DNA from: an uncultured delta proteobacterium
Lineage (GTDB): Bacteria; Myxococcota_A; Bradymonadia; Bradymonadales; Bradymonadaceae
Direction of reading: 5' to 3'
DNA length: 64,000 nucleotides
NCBI GenBank assembly: GCA_963697525.1
Contig: OY969087.1
Span: 735,236 to 799,235, forward strand
Positions 18,667 through 27,625 of this stretch are shown here, in pieces; within the stretch, counting starts at the first letter, position 1, and every line of letters begins with the position of its first letter. The position numbers and the translations under genes were made by a program. The notes beneath the pieces are model-generated. The model worked only from the letters and a program-made list of their open reading frames with translations. It was not told where the DNA came from and did no database searches.

Positions 18667-19967
18667 TTGCGACCTCACGGCTCTACTGGTGCCTGGGCGG
18701 CCTGGCCGTCTGGGGTCTGGTGGCGGGGATCTTCTCGTTGGCCCTGCCGCTGTGGCTGGGCGGCTGCGCCGCGCTGGCGGCGGCGGTGCTCGTCGAGTGG
18801 TGGTGGCTTCGCCGCGTCGAGCCGCCGCGCCTGACGCGCGAGGTCCCCGACTCGCTGGCCGTGGGGGTGTGGACCGACGTCACCCTGGTGGTGCGCTCGT
18901 TCCAGCGCCAGACACTGCGCCTGGAGCTGTTCGACAAACCGCCGGCGACCTGCGAGATGCAGGGCATGCCGGCGACGCTTCGCCTGCCCTACGACAAGCG
19001 CGCCCGGCTGACCTACCGCCTCAAGGCCAACGAGCGCGGCGCCCGCCACTTCAGCGCCCCCGACCTGCGCATCCACGGGCCGCTGGGGCTGGTGATGCGC
19101 CAGATCGAGCATGGCCCCACCGGGGCGTTTCGGGTGCTGCCCAACTTCAAAGCCGTCAGCCGCTACGCGCTGATGGCCACCGCCGATCGCATCGGCGAGT
19201 TGGGCATCCGCAAGCTTCGCCGCCGCGGGGCGGGCATGGAGTTTTCGCACCTTCGCGACTACCGCCAGGGCGATTTGAGCCGCCAGATCGACTGGAAAGC
19301 CACCGCCCGGCGCAACAAGCTCATCTCGCGCGAATACGAGGACGAACGCAACCAGCATATCGTGTTTCTGCTGGACTGCGGCCGGCGCATGCGCGCTCGC
19401 GACGGCAAGCTGTCGCACTTCGACCACTGCCTCAACGCCACCCTGCTGCTCAGCCACGTCTCGCTTCGCCAGGGCGACTCGGTGGCCCTGATGGCCTTCG
19501 GCGGCCACAAGCTGTGGGTGCCGCGCCAAAAAGGCCCCGGCGGGATGAACGCCGTGCTCGAGAAGGTCTACGACCTGGAGACCACCACCGCCCCCAGCGA
19601 CTACAGCGAGGCCGCCCGCCGACTCACCGCCGTCCAGCGCCGCCGGGCGCTGGTGGTCGTGCTCACCAACCTGTACGACCAGGACAACGACGAGCTCATC
19701 GAAGCCGTCTCGCTTCTTCGCCAGCGCCACGTGGTGCTGGTGGCCAGCCTGCGCGAGGCGGCCACCGAGCAGGCCATCAGCCGGCCGGTCGTCGACCTGG
19801 ACGACGCCCTGTGCGTCGCCGCCGGCCACGAATACCTGCGCCACCGCGACAAAACCCACCGCCAACTGATCAGCCGCGGGGTGATGATGCTCGACGTCCA
19901 GCCCCAGCAGCTCTCCGTCCAACTGGTCAATCGCTACCTCGAGATCAAGCGCGCGGGCCTTCTGTAG
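18663..19967 (+). CDS. DUF58-domain protein (MoxR partner, VWA-like)
   Basis: DUF58 core GMEFSHLRDYRQGDLSRQIDWKATAR, then a VWA-like region IVFLLDCGRRM. Overlaps the MoxR stop. Confidence 0.8.
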   Translation: MIATSRLYWCLGGLAVWGLVAGIFSLALPLWLGGCAALAAAVLVEWWWLRRVEPPRLTREVPDSLAVGVWTDVTLVVRSFQRQTLRLELFDKPPATCEMQGMPATLRLPYDKRARLTYRLKANERGARHFSAPDLRIHGPLGLVMRQIEHGPTGAFRVLPNFKAVSRYALMATADRIGELGIRKLRRRGAGMEFSHLRDYRQGDLSRQIDWKATARRNKLISREYEDERNQHIVFLLDCGRRMRARDGKLSHFDHCLNATLLLSHVSLRQGDSVALMAFGGHKLWVPRQKGPGGMNAVLEKVYDLETTTAPSDYSEAARRLTAVQRRRALVVVLTNLYDQDNDELIEAVSLLRQRHVVLVASLREAATEQAISRPVVDLDDALCVAAGHEYLRHRDKTHRQLISRGVMMLDVQPQQLSVQLVNRYLEIKRAGLL

Positions 19968-20044
19968 GGCGCTCTTTTTTGCGACCAAATCGATCGACCG
20001 ACGCGCTTTGCGCGCGCGGCGAAGCTTGCTAATCTGTCGCAATA

Positions 20045-22042
20045 ATGCGTACCTCTCTCTTCGTATCCGCGACGCTCGTCGTCGGCTCACTCGCAGTCAG
20101 CTTGCTCTCGCCGAACGCCTATGCCGACGACGGCCTCTCGCTGCGCGTGGGCATATATCAAAACGAGCCCAAGATCTTCCGGGACAAGCAGGGAAACCCC
20201 CAGGGATTATTCGTCGACCTCCTCGACGCCGTCGCCGCCGACCAGGGGTGGTCGCTGACCTACGTCGATTGTCGTTGGCCCACCTGCCTGAAGATGCTTC
20301 GCGCCGGCCAGATCGACGTGATGCCGGACATGGCGATCTCGGCGCGGCGCGCCAAACACTTCGACTTCTCGAACGAGGCCGTCACCGACAGCTTCTCGCG
20401 CATCTACGCACCCGACAGCGCCGACATCGACACCCTCGACGACCTGCGCGGGCGGCGCATCGCCGTGCTCGACGGATCGAGCCAACAGGCCGAGTTGCAA
20501 CGGCGCAATCAGCGCCTCGGTGATGCCCTGCGGCTCGTCGCCGCCGATTCCTTCGACCAGGCCTTCCGGATGGTCGAGCAGGGACACGCCGACGCGGTCA
20601 TCGCCAACAACTTCTTCGGCGACCGGCGTGCCTCGACGTTTGACCTGAAGCGAACGCCCGTGGTCCTTCAGCCGGCCAGGCTATACTTCGCGGCCCATCG
20701 AGGCACGCCGCCCGAGGTCCTGCAAAGCATCGACGAGCACCTGTCGGCCTGGCAGAAGCAATCCCCTTCGCCGTATTACGACGCGTTGCGCCGCTGGACC
20801 GCCCCGCCCGACAAGCCACGCACGCCCGGATGGCTGAAGTACGTCCTGATGGCCGCGGTGGGCGTGCTCGTGCTCGCCGGTTTGATCATCGTCGTCTTGC
20901 GGCGCGAGGTCGCCAAACGCACCCGCCACCTGCACCAGAAGAACGAGGAGTTGCGCCAAAACCAGCGCCACCTCAGCCTGATGGTCGACCACGGCCCCGA
21001 CATCGTCGCCCACGTGGACACTTCCGGGCAGCTCGTCTTCGTCAACCGACGCATTGAAGACATCGCCGGGTGGAGCCCCGAGGACGTCGTCAACACCCCC
21101 TTCGCCGAGCTGTTCGAGGAGGTGGACGACGCCGACGGGGCCGCCTGCCTAAGAGGCGAGGTCCAGCAATCGCCGGTCTTTCGCGCCAAGCTGCGCCACC
21201 AAAACGGACACGCCGTCCCGGTGGAGGTGCGCGCCGGGACCATTCGCAACGAGCAGGGCGACGTGTGGCTTTGTCAGATGACCCTGCGCGATTTGAGTCG
21301 ACAGATGCGCGCGCTTCGCGCGCTCGAGCGCACCCAGCGCATGGAAACCGTGGGCACGCTCGCCGGGGGCATCGCCCACGACTTCAACAATCTGCTGGCC
21401 GTCATCAGCTCCTGCGCCCAGCTCGCGCTCTCCCAGGTCGACGACGACAGTGCCATCACCCAAGACCTGCAGGATATCCTGGAGGCCACCCACGCCGCCT
21501 CACGGGTGACCGGGCAGCTCCTGTCGTTCAGCAAGCGCCGCGCGGGCCAGCGCCAACCGACGAGCGTCTCGGAGACCATCCGCAAGCTTTCAGAGGTGCT
21601 CGAGCGCTTCGTCGACGAGCGTATCGACCTGCAGATCGAGCTGAGCGACGGCACCGACGAGGTGCTCGCCGACCCCAGCCAGCTCGAGCAGATCGTGCTC
21701 AACCTGACGGTCAACGCCCGCGACGCCATCGCCGACCAGGGACATATTCGCATCACCACGCGGGTCGACGACGTCGACGATGAGGTCGTCCTCGAGGTCT
21801 CGGACACCGGCTGCGGCATGGACCAGGAGACCCTCGAACACGCCTTCGAGCCCTTTTTCACCACCAAGGAAGACCACGGGGGCACCGGCCTGGGCATGGC
21901 GACCATCTACGGCGCCGTGCTGCAGGCCGACGGTCACATCGACATCACCAGCGCCCCCGGCGAAGGCACCTGCGTGACCATTCGCCTTCCCCGCCGAGCG
22001 GCGGACGCCCACACCCCCGCGGTCGCCCCGACCGACCCGTGA
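20045..22042 (+). CDS. Sensor histidine kinase with a periplasmic solute-binding (SBP_bac_3-like) domain, TM, PAS, HisKA and HATPase_c
   Basis: Signal peptide. The periplasmic domain resembles amino-acid-binding proteins. H-box AHDFNNLL, N box LNLTVNARDA, G boxes DTGCGM and GTGLGMA. Confidence 0.8.
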   Translation: MRTSLFVSATLVVGSLAVSLLSPNAYADDGLSLRVGIYQNEPKIFRDKQGNPQGLFVDLLDAVAADQGWSLTYVDCRWPTCLKMLRAGQIDVMPDMAISARRAKHFDFSNEAVTDSFSRIYAPDSADIDTLDDLRGRRIAVLDGSSQQAELQRRNQRLGDALRLVAADSFDQAFRMVEQGHADAVIANNFFGDRRASTFDLKRTPVVLQPARLYFAAHRGTPPEVLQSIDEHLSAWQKQSPSPYYDALRRWTAPPDKPRTPGWLKYVLMAAVGVLVLAGLIIVVLRREVAKRTRHLHQKNEELRQNQRHLSLMVDHGPDIVAHVDTSGQLVFVNRRIEDIAGWSPEDVVNTPFAELFEEVDDADGAACLRGEVQQSPVFRAKLRHQNGHAVPVEVRAGTIRNEQGDVWLCQMTLRDLSRQMRALRALERTQRMETVGTLAGGIAHDFNNLLAVISSCAQLALSQVDDDSAITQDLQDILEATHAASRVTGQLLSFSKRRAGQRQPTSVSETIRKLSEVLERFVDERIDLQIELSDGTDEVLADPSQLEQIVLNLTVNARDAIADQGHIRITTRVDDVDDEVVLEVSDTGCGMDQETLEHAFEPFFTTKEDHGGTGLGMATIYGAVLQADGHIDITSAPGEGTCVTIRLPRRAADAHTPAVAPTDP

Positions 22043-22048
22043 ACGTGC

Positions 22049-23421
22049 TTACGCGGCCTTCGTGGTGGTCAGCCCGCGAATGGACGCCTCCATGCCGCCC
22101 TCCTCGCGGTTTTGCAGCGTGAGCGTCCACCCGTGCAGCTCGCAGACGCGCCGGGCGATGGACAGCCCGAAGCCCTGCCCGCCGGGGCGGCGCGTGCGCG
22201 CCTCGTCGACGCGAAAGTCGCGGTCGGTCAGGTGTTCGACCATCTCGGCGGGCACGCCCGGCCCGTCGTCGATGACCCGCAGATCGAAGGCCCCGTCGAC
22301 CGGCTCGAGCACCACGCTGACGTGGCCGCCGGCGGAGTTGTACTGGATGGCGTTCTGGACGAGGTTGCTCAGCGCCTGCTCGACCAGCGTGGAGTCGCAG
22401 TCGAACTCGATGGCCTCCGGGGGCACCGCCCAGTTGAGCTCGACGCCCTTCTGCTCGGCCAACGGCTGGTGGCGCGCGGCCACCCGCTCGACGATCTCCC
22501 CCATATTGCACCGATGGATGGTCAGCTCTTCGCCGCGGCGATCCAATCGGGCGGCCGCCCCCATATTGGAGATGAGCGCGGCGATATAATGGGCCTCCTC
22601 CATCGCCGAGGCCGCCAACGCCGCGGCGTCCTCGTCGTCTTCGAGCTGGCGCTGCAGCTTGCGGATGCGATGCTGGACCACCGTCAGCGGGATGGCCAGA
22701 TCGTGGGTGGTGTTGGCGATATACTCGGTCAGCGCGCGGTCGCGCGCCTCCAGCTCGTCGACCGTCTCGCGCACCCGGTCGCCGGCGGCGTTGAACGCGC
22801 GCGCAAGCTCGCCAATCTCGTCGTTGGCGTCGGTCTCCGCGTCGACCTGGTAGTCCGGCCCGCCAGCCTCTTCGATGGCCTGGGTCAGCCGCCGGATGCG
22901 CCGCACCATCGGCCCGGCGGCGACCAGCGCCGTGAGCACCAGCACGATGAAGGCGACCACCGCCTGCAGCGCCACGTCGGCCATGAAATGGCGCGGCCCG
23001 CGCCCCGGCCGCTTGGGCCAGTACACCGCCACCACCGAGCACGGCGTGTTCGGCCAGGGCGTGCGAATGGCGGTCACCCCGCCAAAGCGCGGGTTGCGCC
23101 AAAAATCCTCGCTGGCGGTGTCGTCGCCGCTTCGCAGCGCGCCGATCACATCCGACGGAAGCGGCGGCGCGTGGCGGTTGGCCGAACGAAAATCGGCCCC
23201 GTAACCAAAGATCATAAACCCGTGGCGCACGCGCAGGTGAAACTTTTCGGGCCGCTCCAAGCAACGCCCGCCCCCGCGCGCCTCCATGCGCGCCGAGATC
23301 CGGCTGGCCACCCGCTCCTGGAAGGCGCGCCGCTCCCCGTACACCCGAAACACGGTGAACAACACCATCACGGGCACCACGATCGCCGCCAGGGTCAACG
23401 CCAATTTCGGTCTAAGTTTCA
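22049..23421 (-). CDS. Sensor histidine kinase (TM–HAMP–HisKA–HATPase_c)
   Basis: Start MKLRPK overlaps the response-regulator stop (ATGA). H-box TTHDLAIPLTVV; N/G boxes LVQNAIQYN, DDGPGV, GQGFGLSIA. Confidence 0.85.
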
Positions 23422-24102
23422 TGCCTCGCTTCGCTTCGCTGAGTGATCGAGCTTGTAGCCGATGCCCCACACCGTGGCGACAAGCTTGCCGGCCTCGCCG
23501 AGCTTCTTGCGAATGCGCGAGATGTGGACGTCGAGGGTGCGCTCGGTGCCTTCGCTCTCCTCGGGCAGGGCGCGCTCGACCAATTGGCGCCGGGTGATCG
23601 CCATGCCCGGCCGGCGCGCCAGCGCGGCGAGGATGTCGAACTCCGCGGGGGTCAGGTCGACCGGTTGGCCGTCGACGGCGACCGTGTGCGCCTCGAAGTC
23701 GATGGCCAGCGGGCCGAACTCCCGATCGGCCTGGCGCCGCATCACCGGCCGGCGAAGCCGGGCGCGGATGCGCGCCAACAGCTCCTCGGGCCAAAACGGC
23801 TTGGTCATATAGTCGTCGCCGCCCAGCTCGAAGCCGCGAAGCTTGTCGTGGGTCTCCTGGCGCGCCGTCAAAATGATCACCGGCACGTCCGATTGAGTGC
23901 GGTATTTTTTGAGCACGTCGAAGCCGTGTTTGCCCGGCAACATCAGGTCGAGCACCACCAGATCGTAGTCCTCGATGGCCTCGAAATACGCCTCCGAGCC
24001 ATCCTTGATCCAGGTAACCTCGAAGCCCTCCTCGTCGAGCGACTCGAATAATTCGTCGCCCAGCGCGAAATCATCTTCGACCAATAAAATGCGATCAGTC
24101 AT
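23419..24102 (-). CDS. OmpR-family response regulator
   Basis: Receiver domain ILLVEDD ... DLVVLDLMLPG ... ILTAR plus a winged-helix output LTPAEFDIL ... GIGYKL. Confidence 0.9.
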   Translation of the reverse strand: MTDRILLVEDDFALGDELFESLDEEGFEVTWIKDGSEAYFEAIEDYDLVVLDLMLPGKHGFDVLKKYRTQSDVPVIILTARQETHDKLRGFELGGDDYMTKPFWPEELLARIRARLRRPVMRRQADREFGPLAIDFEAHTVAVDGQPVDLTPAEFDILAALARRPGMAITRRQLVERALPEESEGTERTLDVHISRIRKKLGEAGKLVATVWGIGYKLDHSAKRSEA

Positions 24103-24232
24103 GGGCCTGGGGGGGCTGTGGGTTGTCGGGGGGAGCCGCGGTGAGCAATTTCATAGGAGGCGTTTCCTCCGAATCGACGATGGACTACAATGTAGTGAGA
24201 AAAGCGACCGTTTCTCGCAAGGGGACCTGGGC

Positions 24233-24532
24233 ATGTTTTATATTTTAGCAGCAGTGATTCTTCTGATCTGGGTCGCTCTCATTGCCATGATGGTCCGCGC
24301 GGTCATGAGCACGCCCTCGTGCCCGGAATGCGGCGGCACCAGCATCCAATCGGTCGACATCCGCACCTCCACCATCGTCATCGACGGCGCCAAAGTGCCC
24401 GCCGCCTGGATGTATCGGCGTTGCCGCGACTGCGGCGCGCGGCTCAAATGGGACGTCGGCCAGGACAAATGGGTCGAGCTCGAACCCGGCGAATGGGACG
24501 ACGTGGTGCGCAACGCCGAGGAAGTCCCCTGA
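24233..24532 (+). CDS. Small membrane-anchored zinc-ribbon protein (hypothetical)
   Basis: N-terminal TM (ILAAVILLIWVALIAMMV) and a CPECGG ... CRDCG four-Cys ribbon. 99 aa. Confidence 0.35.
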   Translation: MFYILAAVILLIWVALIAMMVRAVMSTPSCPECGGTSIQSVDIRTSTIVIDGAKVPAAWMYRRCRDCGARLKWDVGQDKWVELEPGEWDDVVRNAEEVP

Positions 24533-24546
24533 TCCGAACAACGCGC

Positions 24547-25815
24547 CTACCTCTCCGGTTCATCCTTTCGGCGCGGATAATGCCCGTTCGACAACACGAA
24601 AGTATCGAAGCGCGGCGAGCATGACGTCGACGCCGCGCCCGCCTTCGCGTCGGCCTTCGGCGAGGCGTGCGACGCCTTCTCGAGCGCACAACTCGCCTGC
24701 AGCGCCCGCTCGACGAACGCCACCGGCAACGCCGTATGCGGGCGCACCATCAGCGTCGTCGCCTCTGGATAGCGCCGGTGAACCTTAGCCAGCGTCGCGT
24801 ATAGCCACGCCCACGGATACGCCTTCGGATCGCCCAGATGCTGGTCGTCGACGCGCGCCGATTCCAACACGTCACCGACCCGGCTGGGCCCGTATTTGGA
24901 GACCACCTGCACCTCGATCCGATGCGGCCGCAGGTGGACGACGACGTGGGTCAGCGCCGGCAGCTTCTCGGCTTGCTTGGCCCGAGCGTCGCAATACCGG
25001 CCCTGCCGGAGGCCTAATCCGAGGCCGCCAAACGTCCCGATCAACTGCGAATTGCCCGAAGCGCCCAGTGTACCCATCGCGACGTTGCCGTAGCCCGTGC
25101 CCAACCCGCCCAGCCCACCGACGCCAGCGGCCTGCCCGCTGCCCATTAGCCCGCCGAGGGCGCCGAGCTGACTCGTGGCCGACGATGCTTGCGTCGATGT
25201 CTCCTTGGCCCGTTGGGCGGGCGCCACAATCGGGGCGCGCTCGTCGATGGGCAACATCCGTTGGTTCAAAAAATCCATGCTCAGGCGAAGATGCATCATC
25301 TGCCCGCCGCCAACCTCCAGCGTCAGCCACTTCACTCCGGCTTCGCTCAGGGTGTACGCCACCGCCAACAGCGTGTCCGAGGCCACCGCCGGATCGATGT
25401 CGACGCGCACCTGCCGCGCCCCCAGCGGCTTGCCGTCGACCAGCCGCCGACGCCGCGCCACGGTCATCTCATCGGCCACCGCCTCGCCGATCGCCTTGAC
25501 GTAAAACGAGTTCGACGAGCGAAATTGGTCGCGCGCGATCAGCCCGTGCTTCAACGCCACGACCTTCTTGCCGCCGACGGCCACCCCGTCCGCCGAGATC
25601 TTAAGCTGGGCGTCCACCGCCGCCGGCGGCGTGGGCTGGTCGGCCGAGTCGGGCGTCCCACCCGGTGTCGCCCACACGCTGTCCGCGGCCGGCGCGGGCG
25701 GCACCGGCGCGCTCGCCGACGCACGAGGCGCCCCATCACGCACGGGCGCCCCGGTCTGGCAGCCCGCCAGCAACGCCACCACGCATCCACCCACGATGTT
25801 CCACCAACACCTCAT
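24547..25815 (-). CDS. Hypothetical lipoprotein with a G-rich low-complexity middle region
   Basis: Lipobox VVALLAGC at the internal Met of ORF 24547..25872. No recognisable catalytic motifs. Confidence 0.45.
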   Translation of the reverse strand: MRCWWNIVGGCVVALLAGCQTGAPVRDGAPRASASAPVPPAPAADSVWATPGGTPDSADQPTPPAAVDAQLKISADGVAVGGKKVVALKHGLIARDQFRSSNSFYVKAIGEAVADEMTVARRRRLVDGKPLGARQVRVDIDPAVASDTLLAVAYTLSEAGVKWLTLEVGGGQMMHLRLSMDFLNQRMLPIDERAPIVAPAQRAKETSTQASSATSQLGALGGLMGSGQAAGVGGLGGLGTGYGNVAMGTLGASGNSQLIGTFGGLGLGLRQGRYCDARAKQAEKLPALTHVVVHLRPHRIEVQVVSKYGPSRVGDVLESARVDDQHLGDPKAYPWAWLYATLAKVHRRYPEATTLMVRPHTALPVAFVERALQASCALEKASHASPKADAKAGAASTSCSPRFDTFVLSNGHYPRRKDEPER

Positions 25816-25999
25816 CCGCTCCTCCGCTCCACGCCCCGCGCCGCAGGCGCCACGCCGCGCCGCAGGCGCCACAAATTAGCTTCAGAAACTCTTAAGATCC
25901 ACCGCGTACATTACACATGAAGCCACGGAGAAGCGACTCCTCCGGCCTCATGTGATACGCTGACATCATTCTCTCTCGACCCGAGAAGGAGCAAACATC

Positions 26000-26728
26000 A
26001 TGAAGTTCAAAAAAATCCTGATCGCTGGACTGGTTACTTGTTCGATGGCTGCCGGCTCGTTCGCCCTGGGCGCCAGCGCCTTCGCCTGCGGCGGCAAGCA
26101 CGGCCACAAGCACGGCCGCTGGTCGCAGATGACCGACGAGCAGCGCCTCGAGGCGATGGACAAACACCTCGACAAGCGCATGGCCCGCCTGGACAAAAAG
26201 CTCAACCTGAGCGCTGCCCAGCACAAGCAGGTGCGCCAGATCTTCGAGTCCACGCGCACTCAAATGATGGACATCCGCCAGCGCCACAAGGGTGATCGCC
26301 AGGGCGCCCGCAAGGAGGCGCGCCAGGTCTTCCAGCAGAGCAAGGCGAAGATCAAAAAGGTGCTCACTCCCGAGCAGCAGCAAAAGTTCAAACAGCTTCG
26401 CCAGAAGCGCCGCCAGCACCACGCCCGCCGGCGCATGCACCACATGTTCCGCCGCCTGGACAAGGCGCTCGACCTGAACGCCCAGCAGGAAAAACAGGTC
26501 AAGCAGATCATCAAAGAGACCCACCAGCAGGTGCGCCAGGCGTTCAAAGATAACACCGACCGCAAGGCGCGCCGTCAGGCCATCCGCGCGGCCTTCAAAA
26601 ACGGCGGCGACAAGATCGAGGCCGTCCTCAACGCCGACCAGAAGGCCAAATTCCAGAAGATGCGCGAGCGCATGAAGAAGCGCTTCGGCCATCGCCATCA
26701 CCGCCGCGGCCCCGGCGAGCAGATGTGA
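26000..26728 (+). CDS. Spy/CpxP-like periplasmic protein (LTxxQ repeats)
   Basis: Signal peptide, then repeated LSAAQHKQV, LTPEQQQKF, LNAQQEKQV and LNADQKAKF modules; highly basic and helical. Confidence 0.7.
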   Translation: MKFKKILIAGLVTCSMAAGSFALGASAFACGGKHGHKHGRWSQMTDEQRLEAMDKHLDKRMARLDKKLNLSAAQHKQVRQIFESTRTQMMDIRQRHKGDRQGARKEARQVFQQSKAKIKKVLTPEQQQKFKQLRQKRRQHHARRRMHHMFRRLDKALDLNAQQEKQVKQIIKETHQQVRQAFKDNTDRKARRQAIRAAFKNGGDKIEAVLNADQKAKFQKMRERMKKRFGHRHHRRGPGEQM

Positions 26729-26778
26729 GCCAATGTCCCCGGGCTTCGGCCCGGGGCTTTTTCTCCGCATAGAGCACC

Positions 26779-27402
26779 ATGACGACCAAAACCTCCGACG
26801 ACCACCACGGCCGCGACGAGCTCATCGCCGCGGCCTCCCAACTCTTCGCCGACCGCGGCTACACGGGCACGACGACCACCGCCATCGCCCGGCGCGCCGG
26901 CGTCTCCCAACCCCTGCTGTACCACCACTTCGGCTCCAAAAAGGGCCTGTGGCGCGCGGTCATCGACACGCTGTTCGGCCAGCTCAAAGACGAGCTCGAT
27001 CGCGTCACCCACGAGCTCGCCAAGATGCCCCGCCCCCAGCGGCTCGCCGAGCTGCTGCGCGCCTTCGTGCGCTTCAGCGGGCACCACCCCGAGCTCGCCA
27101 GGCTCATCCGCACCGAAAGCGGCGGCGGCGGCGACGCCTTCGACGACTTATACGGCCGCTGGCTCGAAGACCTGGTCAGCTTCTTCAACGGCGAACTCAC
27201 CGCCGCCCACGACGACGATACGCTGCGCCCGATCGACCCCACCTGCCTGTATTTCATCATCGTGGGCGCGGCCACCGAGCCGTTCGTCCAGCCCGAGATC
27301 GCCCGGCGCAACTTCGGCCTCGATCCCACCGACGACGGCTTCATCGACCGCTACGCCGACGCCATGGTCGACGCGCTGTTGCGCGGCGTGCTCGCTGGCT
27401 AG
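26779..27402 (+). CDS. TetR/AcrR-family transcriptional regulator
   Basis: The N-terminal HTH YTGTTTTAIARRAGVSQPLLYHHFGSKKGLW is a TetR_N signature. Confidence 0.85.
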   Translation: MTTKTSDDHHGRDELIAAASQLFADRGYTGTTTTAIARRAGVSQPLLYHHFGSKKGLWRAVIDTLFGQLKDELDRVTHELAKMPRPQRLAELLRAFVRFSGHHPELARLIRTESGGGGDAFDDLYGRWLEDLVSFFNGELTAAHDDDTLRPIDPTCLYFIIVGAATEPFVQPEIARRNFGLDPTDDGFIDRYADAMVDALLRGVLAG

Positions 27403-27409
27403 AACACCA

Positions 27410-27625
27410 CTCCTTCGGCATCTTGGCCTCGTTCGCCTTTCCTTCGGTGCGTGGGCATCTTGGCCTCGTTCGCCTTTCCTTCGGTGCGTGGGCATCTTGG
27501 CCTCGTTCGCCTTTCCTTCGGTGCGTGGGCATCTTGGCCTCGTTCGCCTTTCCTTCGGTGCGTGGGCATCTTGGCCTCGTTCGCCTTTCCTTCGGTGCGT
27601 GGGCATCTTGCCCTCGTTAGCCGAA
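27410..27625. repeat. 37-bp tandem array (about 5.8 copies): tcggtgcgtgggcatcttggcctcgttcgcctttcct
   Basis: Direct reading. Contiguous identical units with no spacers. Lies between the convergent stops of the TetR gene and the CYP102 remnant. Confidence 0.9.

Noticed and set aside
23435-23460. gtgatcgag motif at the 3' end of the response-regulator gene as another copy of the 4441–4640 repeat family
   Set aside because: It is a single 9-mer occurrence inside coding sequence (KLDHSA) and is most likely chance.
27410-27625. Possible CRISPR array (regular 37-bp repeats)
   Set aside because: The units are contiguous with no intervening unique spacers, and no cas genes are nearby. It is a minisatellite-type tandem repeat.
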